In this document: positions 31,033-44,616 of the stretch, one piece after another | Position numbering within the stretch: the first letter of the stretch is position 1 | Layout of the letters: every line of letters starts with the position of its first letter | Source of the DNA: Octopus vulgaris | Taxonomy: Eukaryota | Length of the DNA stretch: 64,000 nucleotides | Assembly (NCBI GenBank): GCA_951406725.2 | Contig: OX597833.1 | Coordinates: 27,466,001-27,530,000, forward strand | Reading direction: 5' to 3' | Notes under the pieces: generated by a model | Told to the model about the DNA's origin: nothing | Seen by the model: only the letters and a program-made list of their open reading frames with translations | Database searches by the model: none | Position numbers and translations under genes: made by a program

Positions 31033-33590
31033 GACATACATACACACATACATACACACATACATACGCACATACATACACACACACTCACACACACACA
31101 TCGCACATATATACTTCACACACACACACATGCACACATACATGTAGGCACACACACATACATACATACATACCCACACATGCACACCTTTACACGAATG
31201 CACACACACATACACCTATTTGCATCCAGGCAGCCCCCCCCTCTTTTCTGCTTTCCGGTTTTGGCTGATGGATCCTCGGTTCCCGCGGATCGGGTCGTTC
31301 GAGGGCCTTTGCGCTCGCGCGCCTTGGCACGTGCTGGGGGCTTGGTCGGCCCCATGGGCTTGCGTTGTATTGTTTGTGTGTTGTGTGCGTGAGCGCGCTT
31401 CGTGTGTGTGGGCTTGCTTCGGGTGTGTGCGTGCGTATGTATACATACATACCCACACACACGCATGCATCCCTACCCACATACATACACGCACACCTAC
31501 TCACACACACACATACACACACACACACATACCCGCACACACACACATACATACATACACACACATACCTACTTCAGACATACACACACACAGACATACA
31601 CCCATACACTCACACGCATACACACACGCACATACACACGCACACGTACACATACACACACACACACCTACATACATACATTACACTTGTACACACACAC
31701 ACTTACATTCATACACACACACACCTACACAGCCATACCCTCACTCAGACACACACACCTACCTACACACACACACAAACACACACAGACGCACACCCAT
31801 ACATACATACATCTACACACACACGCCTACACACATACATACACACATACATAAACACACACACATACACACACACACATATACTTATACACATGCACAC
31901 ACACACACACACATGCATACATACACCCATACACATACACACACACATACCTACATACTCCTATACGCACATACATACACACAGACATACACACATACAC
32001 ACTCACACAAACATACACACACCCTGCACGCGCACACACATGCATGACAAACACCCATACACTCACACTCACATACGCACACACAAACATAAACACTCAC
32101 ACGCACACACACACCTACACTCCCACACACATACATACGCACCTACATACACACACGCACGCATACACACGCACACATACACACATACATTACACACGTA
32201 CACACACACCTACATACACATGCATACACACACACAAACAAACATGCACGGACACACCCAGACATACATACATACACCTATACACACACGCCCACACACC
32301 TACATACACACACATACATACACACACATACACGGACACACCCATACATACTTACATACATACACCTATACACACACGCCTACACACCTACATACACACA
32401 CACATACACACACACACATGTACGCACATACACACACATATACGCACATACATATATACCCACACACATGCACACACACACATACGCACATGCATGCATG
32501 CATGCACACGCGCACACCTACACGCATACATGCATACACACACACACACGCACACATACATACACACACACATACATACACCCATACACATACATGCATC
32601 CTACACACACATACATACACACTCACACATACATACACACACACACACTCACTCACATACCTGCATGTACGCGCACACACATGCACATACACACACTTCC
32701 ACACACACACACGTACATACATACACACTCATACACATACACACACACACACACGGCACACACATATATACACACATACTTACATACATTCATCGGACAC
32801 ACTGACACCCAGACATACACACAGACACACTCACACATCCACACACACACTCGCAGGCGCGCGCACACACGCGCTTGCGCCGGCTCGCGCACGCATACGC
32901 GCATGCATGCACCTCGCTCTTGGACCCGACGAGATCTCCGGCTCGTTTCTGGGGCCGTCGCCTGTCGTTGGGTTCTCCCACGCCCGTCTCCGCGGGACCA
33001 CTCTTCCATCTTCCCCTCAGCTGGAGTCCTTTTTCCTTATAACCCCCCCTTTTTGTACACACACGCGCACACATACATACACCCACTCACACACACACAT
33101 TTGCTTAAATATATACATTACTCTTACACACACTTCAAATCTACTCGCCATACATACAACTACGACACTGGACACACACACACTACCACTCAACACACAC
33201 ACTGGCACGTTACATACGCCCCCACCCCTTCTCCTCCCTCCCTTCCTCCTTCCTTCATTTTTTTACTACTGACCACTGTCTGCTATGCCTACTACTGTTT
33301 CGCCCTACCTCACACGCCTACACACAGACGCACACACTAACATATACATATATTTTTTGTTTTTTATCTCGCCTCACACACACATACACACACGCACACG
33401 CTCACACATACACACACATCTGTTGCGTTACCAACCCTGTCTCCACTCTTTTGGCTTTAAAAACCTACTTTGCTCTTGTTATCGTAAACTTCCGCCTTTC
33501 ACCATGTGTACTTCGTAAACACCAGTCGTTTTTTTTCTCCCTCTGTTTGCCCACCTCGGGATCTTTCTTTCCTCTCTCTTCCATCTTTAT

Positions 33591-33625
33591 GTTTCCGACG
33601 AAGAGCTCCGCTCGAAACGTCAGAC
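33591..33625 (+). ncRNA. Minimal hammerhead-ribozyme-like motif (U4C core)
   Basis: Stem I GUUU/AGAC, core CCGACGA+A, stem II GAGC/GCUC, GAAA, palindromic ACGU stem III, UC cleavage site. Confidence 0.6.
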
Positions 33626-33716
33626 CTTCCTGCTTCCATCTTTCCTGAGCGCCTATTAATAATAATACTGTAATTGTTCCACGTGTTGTTGTTTTTTCTG
33701 TTTTCCCGTTTGGATT

Positions 33717-33979
<263 letters not shown>

Positions 33980-34107
33980 TAAAAAGAATTCCAACCTTGT
34001 CTGATTTTCACGTTTTATTTACAATCTTATAATGATATATTATAAGATAATATATTATAATTGAATAAAATAAAATGAAATAGTAGAATGTTAAATATTC
34101 ATTCTGA

Positions 34108-34152
34108 TTGACTAGTACTTTCATGCATTGAATTCTGCAATCTTCGGGTTCA
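34108..34152 (-). ncRNA. Minimal hammerhead-ribozyme-like motif
   Basis: Minus strand reads UGAAC-CCGAAGA-U-UGCA(n8)UGCA-U-GAAA-GUAC-UA-GUCA. Confidence 0.5.
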
Positions 34153-34646
34153 TGTAGTAGTGTTGACAGTCATGCTTCACAATTTTTGACTGTAGCAAGA
34201 TGAGTGATTCTGTGCTATAAATACAGCTGGGTAGGCTCCAGAGTGCTAGGTTTTGCAAACTGTATTCTGACCAATCAGTGTGTAGTATCACTCAATTACT
34301 TAAGCTGATTGGTTGGTTGAGCTGATTGGTTTAGGCATCACGCTTTGTTGGACAGGTCAAGAGTCCTGTATCTTGACCCTGGCCGAAGCAGCAATTGTTG
34401 GGTTATTTTTAGAAATGTTGTAAATATCCTTTGTCAGAGATTTTTATATTTTTATATTTCAATTGTCATCATCATCATTGTCAGCACCTTAATTATTGTT
34501 GCTAGTGGTGATGGTGGTGGCAATAGAACTTTTAACCCTAAATAAGATAATTTTCCTGCTATCTTCGTCTTGATCACCTTTAGTATTGTTGTTGTTGTTA
34601 GTGGTCATGGTCGTAGCAGTGGAAGTAATACCTCTAAGTATTATTA

Positions 34647-35126
34647 TTATTGCTTATTTAGCTTGGGTTCGAATTTATCAATAAAATTCTTTTCTCTGAT
34701 TTTCCTCTCGATTTCACTTGGGCTGTGTAATTTGTAGAATGGAAATATTATATATATTTTCCGACCACATGTTGCTAGGTGGTTACTCAAAGGTATCTGA
34801 CGGACCTCTGGGTCTCTAATCTGTTGCCGGTGTACACGTGAGCGTTCTAATAGTGCGTTTCCCGTCTGACCTACATATATTTCTTCACAATTTGGGCATT
34901 TGATGCAGTAAATTAAATTTCTGCTTTTGCAGTTCATATTCGCGTTTGTGAATATTTTTCCGGTTTTTGTGTTTATATATTGACCGGTATGTATGAATTG
35001 GCATGTGCCACATCGGCTATCATTGCATTTAGATACCGTGAATGTTTGGTCTTTGTTGCTGAGGTCAAATTTTGCCTTTGTTAGTAATGTTTTCAAGTTT
35101 TTAGGCTGTCTTTTACTAAGCACCAT
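34647..35126 (-). pseudogene. Penelope GIY-YIG endonuclease domain fragment
   Basis: RQPKNLK.LL, KCNDSRCGTC, NLIYCIKCPNCEEIYVGQTG..L.ER...H, E..FI..FEPKLN. Confidence 0.9.
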
Positions 35127-35273
35127 AGCTCGATCCTTGATTATGTCTTTTAATTCATTACTTTGGGCAATGATTGTTGGTCTTTGTTGCTGAGGTCAAA
35201 TTTTGCCTTTGTTAGTAATGTTTTCAAGTTTTTAGGCTGTCTTTTACTAAGCACCATATATATATATACATAC

Positions 35274-35338
<65 letters not shown>

Positions 35339-35339
35339 C

Positions 35340-35400
<61 letters not shown>

Positions 35401-35425
35401 CATACATATATATATATATACATAC

Positions 35426-35508
<83 letters not shown>

Positions 35509-35510
35509 CA

Positions 35511-35542
<32 letters not shown>

Positions 35543-35585
35543 CTTACATATATATATATACATACATATATATATATATACATAC

Positions 35586-35616
<31 letters not shown>

Positions 35617-35898
35617 GTAGAAATATGTTACGAAAAGAAAATATAAAATACACGTGGAAATGTAAGGGTAAAATATGAAAAATCAACGAAAATGCACATT
35701 GCAAATAAAAAAAAAGGCTATTTATGACAGGTAACGACAAATATATACATTTAGATTGACTGAGGTAGTAATAAGAATCATAAAAGTCATTATTATGAGA
35801 TGATCATAAGATGATAATAAAGTAAGAGAACAAAACGGACCATGGTTTACGCAAATCTATTCAACGTTTGAACAACACCGGTTAATACATATATAAAC

Positions 35899-35951
<53 letters not shown>

Positions 35952-38029
35952 TACATACATATATATGTATGTATGCCTGCATGTATATATATATATAGCA
36001 ATAAGAAATAACTGGTTCATCAACTTTTAGACATTATATTATATCAACTTATTTATTTATTTACTAAAATAACAATTACAAGAATATACATACATGTATA
36101 TCATATTATGCTTTACATATAAAATATATTAATATATAACGATACCAGTAATTATTAAAATATAACATACAGGAATATAAATTGGGAAAATATCTTACAG
36201 CTGTTTCAGCCAAGAGGCAAAAATACCTCATTCTACCTTTATTCCCCCAGTAGACTGAAGTAATAAGTAAATGAAATTGAGGTAATTGGGTGTTTCTCTA
36301 GGCTTCATACACGCACACACATAACAATAAGCATAGTAAAAGGGGTCCGTGGGAAAACTCATTTAAATAAAAGGGTTGGGAACCAGTGTTGCGAACCACT
36401 GGCCTAGATACAGACATCAAGTACAATGATACTGCAAGGTCCCTTCAGCCACTTTTAACAATCTCCTGCGTTCTCACACAAGCTCAGTCATGTTGACTTT
36501 CCCTTTGCCAAAGGGTATATTAGGTGGAAGCGAAAGAATGTGTTTGATGTGCGTACAACTCCTTAGTTTTTTATTAAAAAAAAACTTGCGTTAGTCCAGC
36601 AACGTATCTGGTAAGCCTGCGTGATACACAAGTGACACATCACCAACAGAGTCAAATAATAGTCTTGTTGTAGTGGTTGGAGGATTCCCCACATCTGCGA
36701 CAATGAAATACAGTCATTTCCGTAGTTTCAAGTGGACGAAAGTTGTAGTATACGTGCGCTCACACGTGTACATGCACACACATACATACATATCTATTCA
36801 TGAATCTTGTTTATTGTAGTCACTGGACAACGTCTATACTGGGATATTGCTCCAAAACTCAACCTTAGCACTTATTTTAAATATGGTATTATCTTGCTCG
36901 TTTTCTTCTCTTTTTGGGGTGGATGGAGATGAGCTGCCAATTACGGCGACGTAACAGTTAATCAACAACATCGGAGGTCACCAATTAAAACGATCATTTA
37001 CTAAAGAGAGGAAGGACAAGTAGTGTAAGCCCTTTCATAAAGATATTTCTCTATCAGCGTCGAAAAGAAAGAAGAAAGAAGATGCTTTCTAACCAGAGGC
37101 CAAGGATCAAAGAGAGTGAAAGTGATTGGATTTGCATATTTATATTCTTCCTAACCAAACTTGGTCTGTCTAAAATAAAGAGTTTTTCTTCTATATCGGT
37201 TTTGAAATATGTTTGGCTCGTGGAAGGCTAAGAGGTCAGTTTGTTCTCATAAATTTCCCAGTGCAACAAGTGAGAACAATAGGCAGAAGACTTGCAGGAA
37301 AATATAGATTCGGTTTCGAATCCTGGCTTAGCAATACGGAAACCATCCATTACATATGTATTCAATAACAGGGGGGATTCTCCATATTTATTCCAGTACA
37401 GTTTTTGTTTTTCGAATATTGTAGTATGTTGTTTTTGCGACAACGTTAGGTCACAAACGGAGGTTGTGCCTTGAAGCCATTTTGGGTCAGCGACTAATCC
37501 CATCTGTGATGTCTTCCACAGAAATATAACATAATCTACATTTTGGATAGCATCTGGAGCTCCAAGGGCTTCGCTACCGCTTTTGTTTATTAGGCATTAC
37601 GTAGCAATCTCTTGTTCTAGGATTGCAAATGCAGAGCTTTCGAATTGTGATGTGATGCAGCAGTTACAAGTCCACGAGGGGCTACGTTTCATGTCGATGT
37701 TACTGTCTCCTTGAAGTTTCCGGGAAACATACCCATGCATAGACCTTTTCGAACAGCTGAGCTTTTCATATCAAAGTCTTCTTTGAGTGTGTGTGTCTCT
37801 ATCATTAACATGAACATAACCAGCAACAGCAATATATAGTATGAAGAAGGTAAATAAATCTATTTCAAATAAAAACATATAATGTGGTATCCTAGCGTAT
37901 TTTAAAAGTTGAATGTGTAGCAATATCGTCTCTCAGTGCTATCTTCACTGTTTGAGAAGAGTATATAGAATGACCTCGGTCGAGATTACAAACAGCTTTG
38001 GCTAGTTCAACATTGATGTAAACACTAAT

Positions 38030-38350
38030 TCGATTGGCTGACACGTTGGTCTCTACTACGCTCGCACCGCTGGTTATAACTTGGCGCAAAATGTCTCGAC
38101 TTATTTTCGCGCCATAGTCCAAGCAGCCAATCACAGCTTTCCATTTCTGAAGTTCACTGGGAGCCGGGTGAAGCTTATAAAACAAGGTTTCTCAGAAAAA
38201 TATTCGTTTTAGGTTTCCAGTCCTTCTCAGGGCGAACCTCTGACCACACAGCTCGTCTTAGGTTTCCAGTCCTTCTAAGGGCGAACCTCTGACCACACAC
38301 AGCTCGTCTTAGGCTTTTAGTTCTTTTAAGAACTAAGTCTCTGACCACAC
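38030..38350 (+). promoter_or_regulatory. Candidate Pol II promoter (CCAAT, E2F-like, TATA) followed by a ~49-51 bp tandem repeat x3
   Basis: ATTGG at 38033, TTTTCGCGCC at 38104, AGCCAATCA at 38125, TATAAAA at 38176; repeat TTAGGTTTCCAGTCCTTCT.AGGGCGAACCTCTGACCACACAGCTCGTC at 38209-38352. Confidence 0.45.
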
Positions 38351-39399
38351 AGAATACTCGACCAAGTTCCAGTTTCGAGGCAGGCGACCACCATTAATAC
38401 AAGATGTTACAGATACCTCTCATACTGTTAGTGTGAAAAATCACCATGAAGAAAACGGTTACAAGATATCTATAACTAGAGAAAAATAACCAAGCAGAAC
38501 ATATAATGAATAAGCAGCAAGAACCAATCGACAAACATCGAAGATTTAAATTGTACACGAGACAACTACAGATTCAACGATAGCGGTTAGGTGAAATTCT
38601 CGCCACGAAGAAAACGGCTACAGTAACATGTCTGGAAGTATATTCATATCAAGAGAAAGATAAACACAACGAGTGATTCAATTAATCTCAACTGCGACAT
38701 GCAATATCTTGATATGGGACTCTTACAGTGTACCTCATAAACGGTAAATCAATTATCTGTTCTTGGCTTCTAGTTTCTTCTAAGAACTACCTTAAGCCAT
38801 CTGTTATTACCTGTTGCCAAGCCGATGCCAACAACATTAACTGTGAATCAAATCCCATCGTCAATTCACTGGTCAGTACCTTTTTACGCCTAACGAACAC
38901 ACACACAAAAACATGCGAACACTTACAAACTTCCAACATCAAACATGATTGTAAAATATGTAAAATAAATAATGTATATATCTTAAAAAGAAATCTTGTT
39001 GTCATTCCAAACTTATGTGTATTGCCGCTGCATGTAAAATATAGTCAGTAAAATATATTATTAAGAATAGGATCACGTTCTTATTTTTATAAATGAAACG
39101 TCTTTGATCTTAGGTCTATGAGGACTGCCTTGAGACTAAACAGCCACAACAGTACAATTAGCAAGAACAATATGATCGCTACACCACCAATAATATCCGC
39201 CCACCAATACTAACATCTAAATCAATGCAACCCGCATCATCACCACTACCAACCCACTAACTTTTGAAGATATCAATATGAACACCTTTGTAGATAATCA
39301 TCGCTGCTGTTAGATTTGCCTTCAGTTTAAAATGTCTGGAAAGAAGCTATCAATCAGACCTGAAGGTAGTAGTGCGAAAGGGGGTGCACACCACAGCAT

Positions 39400-40868
39400 G
39401 TATACAATGTTGACGAGTCTGCTCTTTTCCAGAAGCGTACGCCTACTATAACTTTATTTCTCGAGAAGAAAAGTCAGCATCAGAATTTAAAGCCTCCAAA
39501 AACCGTCTAACACTTTGAAGAGGAAATGCCGCTGGTGATATGAAATTAAAGCTCCTGCACGTGTATAATTCCGAAAATCTAAACACCAAGTTTAATCTAC
39601 CACTGATTTGGTGTTCAAATAAGAAGGCATGGATGACTAAGAGCCTTTTCAAAGAGTGGTTTACAAACGTTTTTTGTCCAGAAGTAGAAATGTGCAGCGC
39701 CAGAGACATTTCCAACAAAACATTGTTTCTTTTAGATAATGCACCGAGCCAGCGAACTTAGATGACCTTTCTGATAATGTGAGAGTGCAATATACCGCGC
39801 AGAATACAACTTCTTTGCTCCAGCTAATGGATCAGAATGTGATAGCTATCTTCAAGGCATATTATATGAGAACTTTCAAAAAACTTGTGAAAGCAATTGA
39901 TAGGGAGGATAAACTTACAGTTAGAGATTTCTAGAAGGAATTCAACACAATGGATGCTGTGGGTAATATATCTGAGTCATGAGATGAAATGAAATCTTCA
40001 ACTTTGAATAGTGCTTGGGAAAAGTATATGGTCAGACTGTATCTGTGACATTATAAGTTTTCTTCAAGCAGAAAGTTTACATCAAATTTGGAAAGTTGTG
40101 GAGGATGTAGGATGTGAAGGATGTAGGATTTGAAGAAGTCATAGAGGATGGTGTGACTTTATTGCTAGTGTCCCAGAGAGGCTGCTGGAAAAAGAACAAG
40201 CTGAGAATATAGATGATAGAATGGAAGTTCCAACAATAACACTTAAATTGGCTACAAAAAATATTGTTAAAGAGTTGGCACTTACAGAGGAAGGTCTGCA
40301 GGATTTTGCTAATAATGATCCTAATCGTGTATGTAACATAAAAATTATAAGAGGAGTTTACATTAAGCTCACTTTCTGCACTGAACTGTACAAAGAGATG
40401 ATGCGCTATAAACAACAAACAACTTTGGATAAGTTCTTCATCCCTCAACCTGATGTTCGTGATAATAAACTATAAGACGATGAATATTGTCCCTCATCCT
40501 CCTAGTAACACTCATTCCACCACCAACCCTCACACAGTAGTCAGCATCTTTTGTAGTAAGAACCTACTCTCACGATATTATGATTCTTATTATTTTTCTA
40601 ATTTATTCCTCTTAAAAGCTTTCGTTTGTATGTATCTTTATTGTACCGTACCGTGTATATTTAGAAATAGTTATTTTCATGTATAAATGTAACCATGTTG
40701 CTTGTTCTCTGTTGTTTTTTGTACTCCTTTTTTATCTTTTATTTTTCATTTAGTTATTTTATTTATTTATGGTTTTGTCCGTAGGAACGTAATCACACTT
40801 GATAATATGAAAATCAATGGAAAATTAATTTCGCATTACGGCCAGATTTCCGTTAAGTGAGGGATTGT
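39400..40868 (+). mobile_element. Decayed Tigger/pogo DNA transposon
   Basis: DDE_1 remnants FKASKNRLTL, GNAAGDMKLK, W.SNKKAWMT..LF.EWF, LLDNAPS, TTSLLQ.MDQ.VI..FK; KQQTTLDKFF C-terminus; TIR-like CGTTAAGTGAGGGATTG near 40851-40867. Confidence 0.85.
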
Positions 40869-41344
40869 TATATATATATATGCACCAAGGCTGGAGCAGT
40901 GATATCGTTATCTTGTACAAACAATATTTGAAGACAAATGCGTACTGACAAGAAGTACGGATTTATACTCCGGTTATGTGTACAATCACAAAAGGCCGTC
41001 TGAATATATAACGAGTCCTCAAGGTCGCACATGGGTACGAACACTGCACCCATTGTACTGAACTCAACAGATTGAAACGGCTGTAGTGAACCACAATCTA
41101 TCTGTTGTTATTTGGGTGGTCTTTATTTCAGTCTTATCATTATATTTTTTTTATTTGTATGTTCCTTTGTCAAAGCTCTTTCATTACTTCCTCTGACCTC
41201 TTCAACTACTCTTTATCCCACGTGTTTCCTCTTGTTCTGCTTAAGTAAAGGCCAAACATATAGTTCGTGTGTTTAGTTGGCAAAATATGACCATCTCCAA
41301 GAATGACAATATAAATACATGTATGAAACAGAAAAATATCTATA

Positions 41345-41880
41345 ATGAAAATTTATTACATAATGTTCATTTCAAGAATTTACTGTACATTGTTAATATT
41401 TCATGTGACTTTCCTTAGCTTGAATAATTGCTTCAATGTGTCTGGGAAGAGATGCATACAAATCCTTCACCATCTTCTCAGGTTTGAGATGCCATTCTCT
41501 GTGAGTGAGCTCTCACAACTCTTCAAGATTGCATGAATTCTTCTCACGAACCCTTCTTTTTAGTTCTGTTTACATTTGCTCGATGATATTTAAGCCAGGG
41601 CTCTGAGCTGGCCAACCTTTTAATATGGTAACACCTTCATCAGCCAGATTCTGTTGTGTTGTACACGATTTGTGGCATGGAGCTCTGTCATGCTGAAAAA
41701 TTTCACTTTCATCCAAACCTGGTATCAAATTGTCCTTCAGCAATTAGATGTATTTGGCACTATTCAAGTTTCTATCAATTTTAACCAACTTTCTTGAACC
41801 ATCTCCGAAGCATTAGACTCTTACCTCCAAACTTCACTGGTTTTGTCATGTAGTGTGGGTTGTTTCACTTTCTTCATTTG
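41345..41880 (-). mobile_element. Decayed Tc1-type transposase
   Basis: Minus-strand FQHDRAPCHKS and WPAQSPGLNIIE motifs; stops and frameshifts. Confidence 0.8.
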
Positions 41881-41968
41881 TCAGAAGGCCTCCAGGAAAG
41901 AGAAACGACCCACATTACATGACAAAAACAGTGAAGTTTGAAAGTAAAAGTATTCTAGGACAAAATTT

Positions 41969-42197
41969 TTAACCCTTTAGCATTTAAACCAGCCGCATCA
42001 GTGCCAAAATATTCTCCCTATTTTATGTTTAAAATATGTAGATCTGGCCTCTCATACATACCTGACAATGTCATTCAAACCATAAACAATCAGAACATAG
42101 AAATTTCAAAGCTACAAGATAATGCATGATTAATTCAAAACAATGTGAATGAGTAAGCATTACATTTGACAGAATAATCAGAATGCTAAAGGATTAA
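41969..42197. mobile_element. piggyBac-like MITE with TTAA TSD
   Basis: TTAA|CCCTTTAGCATT...AATGCTAAAGGA|TTAA. Confidence 0.8.
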
Positions 42198-43179
42198 AAA
42201 GCATTCTTATCTATACTTCTTTGTATTTCATAACAATGGTACCCACTTCTTTTGTGTAAAAACATCAGTGAATTTCATTGTCACAATGTCATGGTCTATG
42301 ACTTCATCAAAGTTTGATACTACAAATCTGATGAATGATATATTTCCGTAGAAATATTACTGTTACCTTACTTCAAGCTCTTGCTTGAGGGGAATGGAGT
42401 TATCAAAGGTCAGTGGTCCCAGAGATGTCATTATGCATAGAGCCAACCAGGCTCTCCATCACTGGCAGTCCCATGCCAGCCCTTCTACATTTCCAATGAT
42501 AAAAATAACATTCACATGAATACAAGGATACTAAACATCGACACTAATGTTATCTGGAGGTGATATAGGACCAAATGTTCTACCCAGAAACACAAAAGTT
42601 TGGGAAGCCTATTATATGCATGTGTGTGTGTTCTAATTCATATACAGATGACTATTTCATTATTTTTTTTAATTAATGATCATGGTGAGGAAGTGAGCTG
42701 GCAGGATGTTAGCATGCCAGACAAAATGTTTAGCAGCATTTTGTCTATCTTTATGTTCTCAGTTTAAATACCACCAAAGTCGACTTTGCTTTTCATCCTT
42801 TTGGAGTCAATAAAATAAGTACCAGCTGGGTACTGGGGTTGATGTAATCAACTAACTCTCCTCTGAAATTGCTGGCTTTGTGCTTAAATTTGAAACCAAT
42901 TAATGATCACGGTTGCACAGGCAATCTCCATGACCTTTTCAGAGTCTCTGTTGCTCGTAGACTCTCCTAAAGGCACACAAGGTGGGTCACTTAGTGGTAT
43001 AAAATTGAGTTTAGCACTTAAGAGGAACTGAACATCCAACAGCTTCCATAGAGTTCCTGTCCACCAAATTCTACTGGCAAAGATGTGATACCAACATACA
43101 TATTTATACATACATAAATATATATGCACAAATATGTTTATGAGTGCATACACAGACATATGTGTGCCACAGCAAAATT

Positions 43180-43795
43180 GATGCTGGCGCTGGTGCCACA
43201 TAAAAAGCACCCAGTACACAGTGTAGAGCGTCTAGTGTTAGGAAAGACATCCAGCTGTAGAAACCATATCAGAACAAACAATGGAGCCTGGTGCAGCCGC
43301 TGGCCTTACTAGATCCAGTCAAACCATGCTAGAATGGAAATCATCATCATCATTTAACATCTGCTTTCCATGCTGGCATGGGTTGGACGATTTGACTGAG
43401 GACTGGCGAACCAGATGGCTGCGCCAGGCTCCAATCTGATCTGGCAGAGTTTCTACAGCTGGATGCCCTTCCTAACGACAACCACTCCAAGTGTATAGTG
43501 GGTGCTTTTACATGCCACCGGCACGAGGGCCAGTCAAGCAGTACTGGCAACAGCCATGCTCAAATGGTGTCTTTTTATATGGCATCTGCACAGGAGCCAG
43601 TCCAGCGGCACTGGCAATGACCTCACTCAAATGTTTTTTCACGTGCCACTGACACAAGTGCCAGAATGGCGACGCTGGTAATGATCACGCTCGAATGGTG
43701 CTTTTTACATACCACTGGCACGGAAGCCAGTTAGCTGCTCTGGCAACGATCACACTCGGATGGTGCTCTGGGTGTTAAATGATGCTGTTAATGAT
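43180..43795. mobile_element. Two RTE-tail-type SINE copies (family D), tail-to-tail
   Basis: GTTAGGAAGGGCATCCAGCTGTAGAAAC motif in + (~43237) and - (~43447) orientation around a shared (ATC)n; the same motif occurs at ~45486, ~50111 and ~54189. Confidence 0.65.
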
Positions 43796-44129
43796 GATTG
43801 TATATGTATATATGCAATAAGCAAAAAAGGAACATACATTTTAATACGGTATACAACAAACTACATATGATACATATATATTAAATACTACAAACTATGT
43901 ACCATATATAATTATGTGGTGGTCACCATGCTTAAGGGAGAGAAACAAAAATATTATGAGAAGAAAATTCATTGCTGATAATGAAAATTAATCTCAGAAG
44001 AGGCAAAAAAGAGAACTCCCTCAAACTTCAGCAGCTGACTAAAATCTGAAAGGCGTCATGTATGGGGCAAGAATGTTTCTGATCTTTGATAGCTATGGTG
44101 ACAACCTCAGGCATGCTTCAGTTTTATTA

Positions 44130-44560
44130 AACCTCCACAAAGCACCATCAATGACATATATATGATGCTTGTGTTAGAACTGTAATGCTGAGACATGGTC
44201 TATGAATGCAGAGGGCTGGAGAAGATCAAAAAGGGATGAAGCCAGTATGTTCTACTGGATGTGCAATGTAAAGTGTGCATGAACAAAAAAATATGTGATG
44301 AGAGAAAAAAAACAGGGCAAGAGAGGAATCAGATGTGTGTAAGGAAAAAAGACTACACCACACTACACAAGTGATGTATATGGAGGGGGGTAGCCATATA
44401 AAGAAGTGTCGGTTACACAATGTAGATGGAATTTGCAATGAAGGAAAGCGAGGTAGACTTGGGGTAAAGTGGTAATGATAATCTCAGACTATGAACCTCA
44501 TGGAGGAAATGACACAGAAACAGGATGACTTACAAGGTGCAGTTCTTAAGAAGACCTGCT
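44130..44560 (+). mobile_element. Highly decayed RTE LINE 3' fragment
   Basis: Similar to 49370-49770 (GAGACATGG, TGGATGTGCAATGT, AACCTCA.GGAGGAAATGAC). Confidence 0.55.
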
Positions 44561-44585
44561 CACCTTGGAAAAAAATAAGATTCTG

Positions 44586-44616
<31 letters not shown>

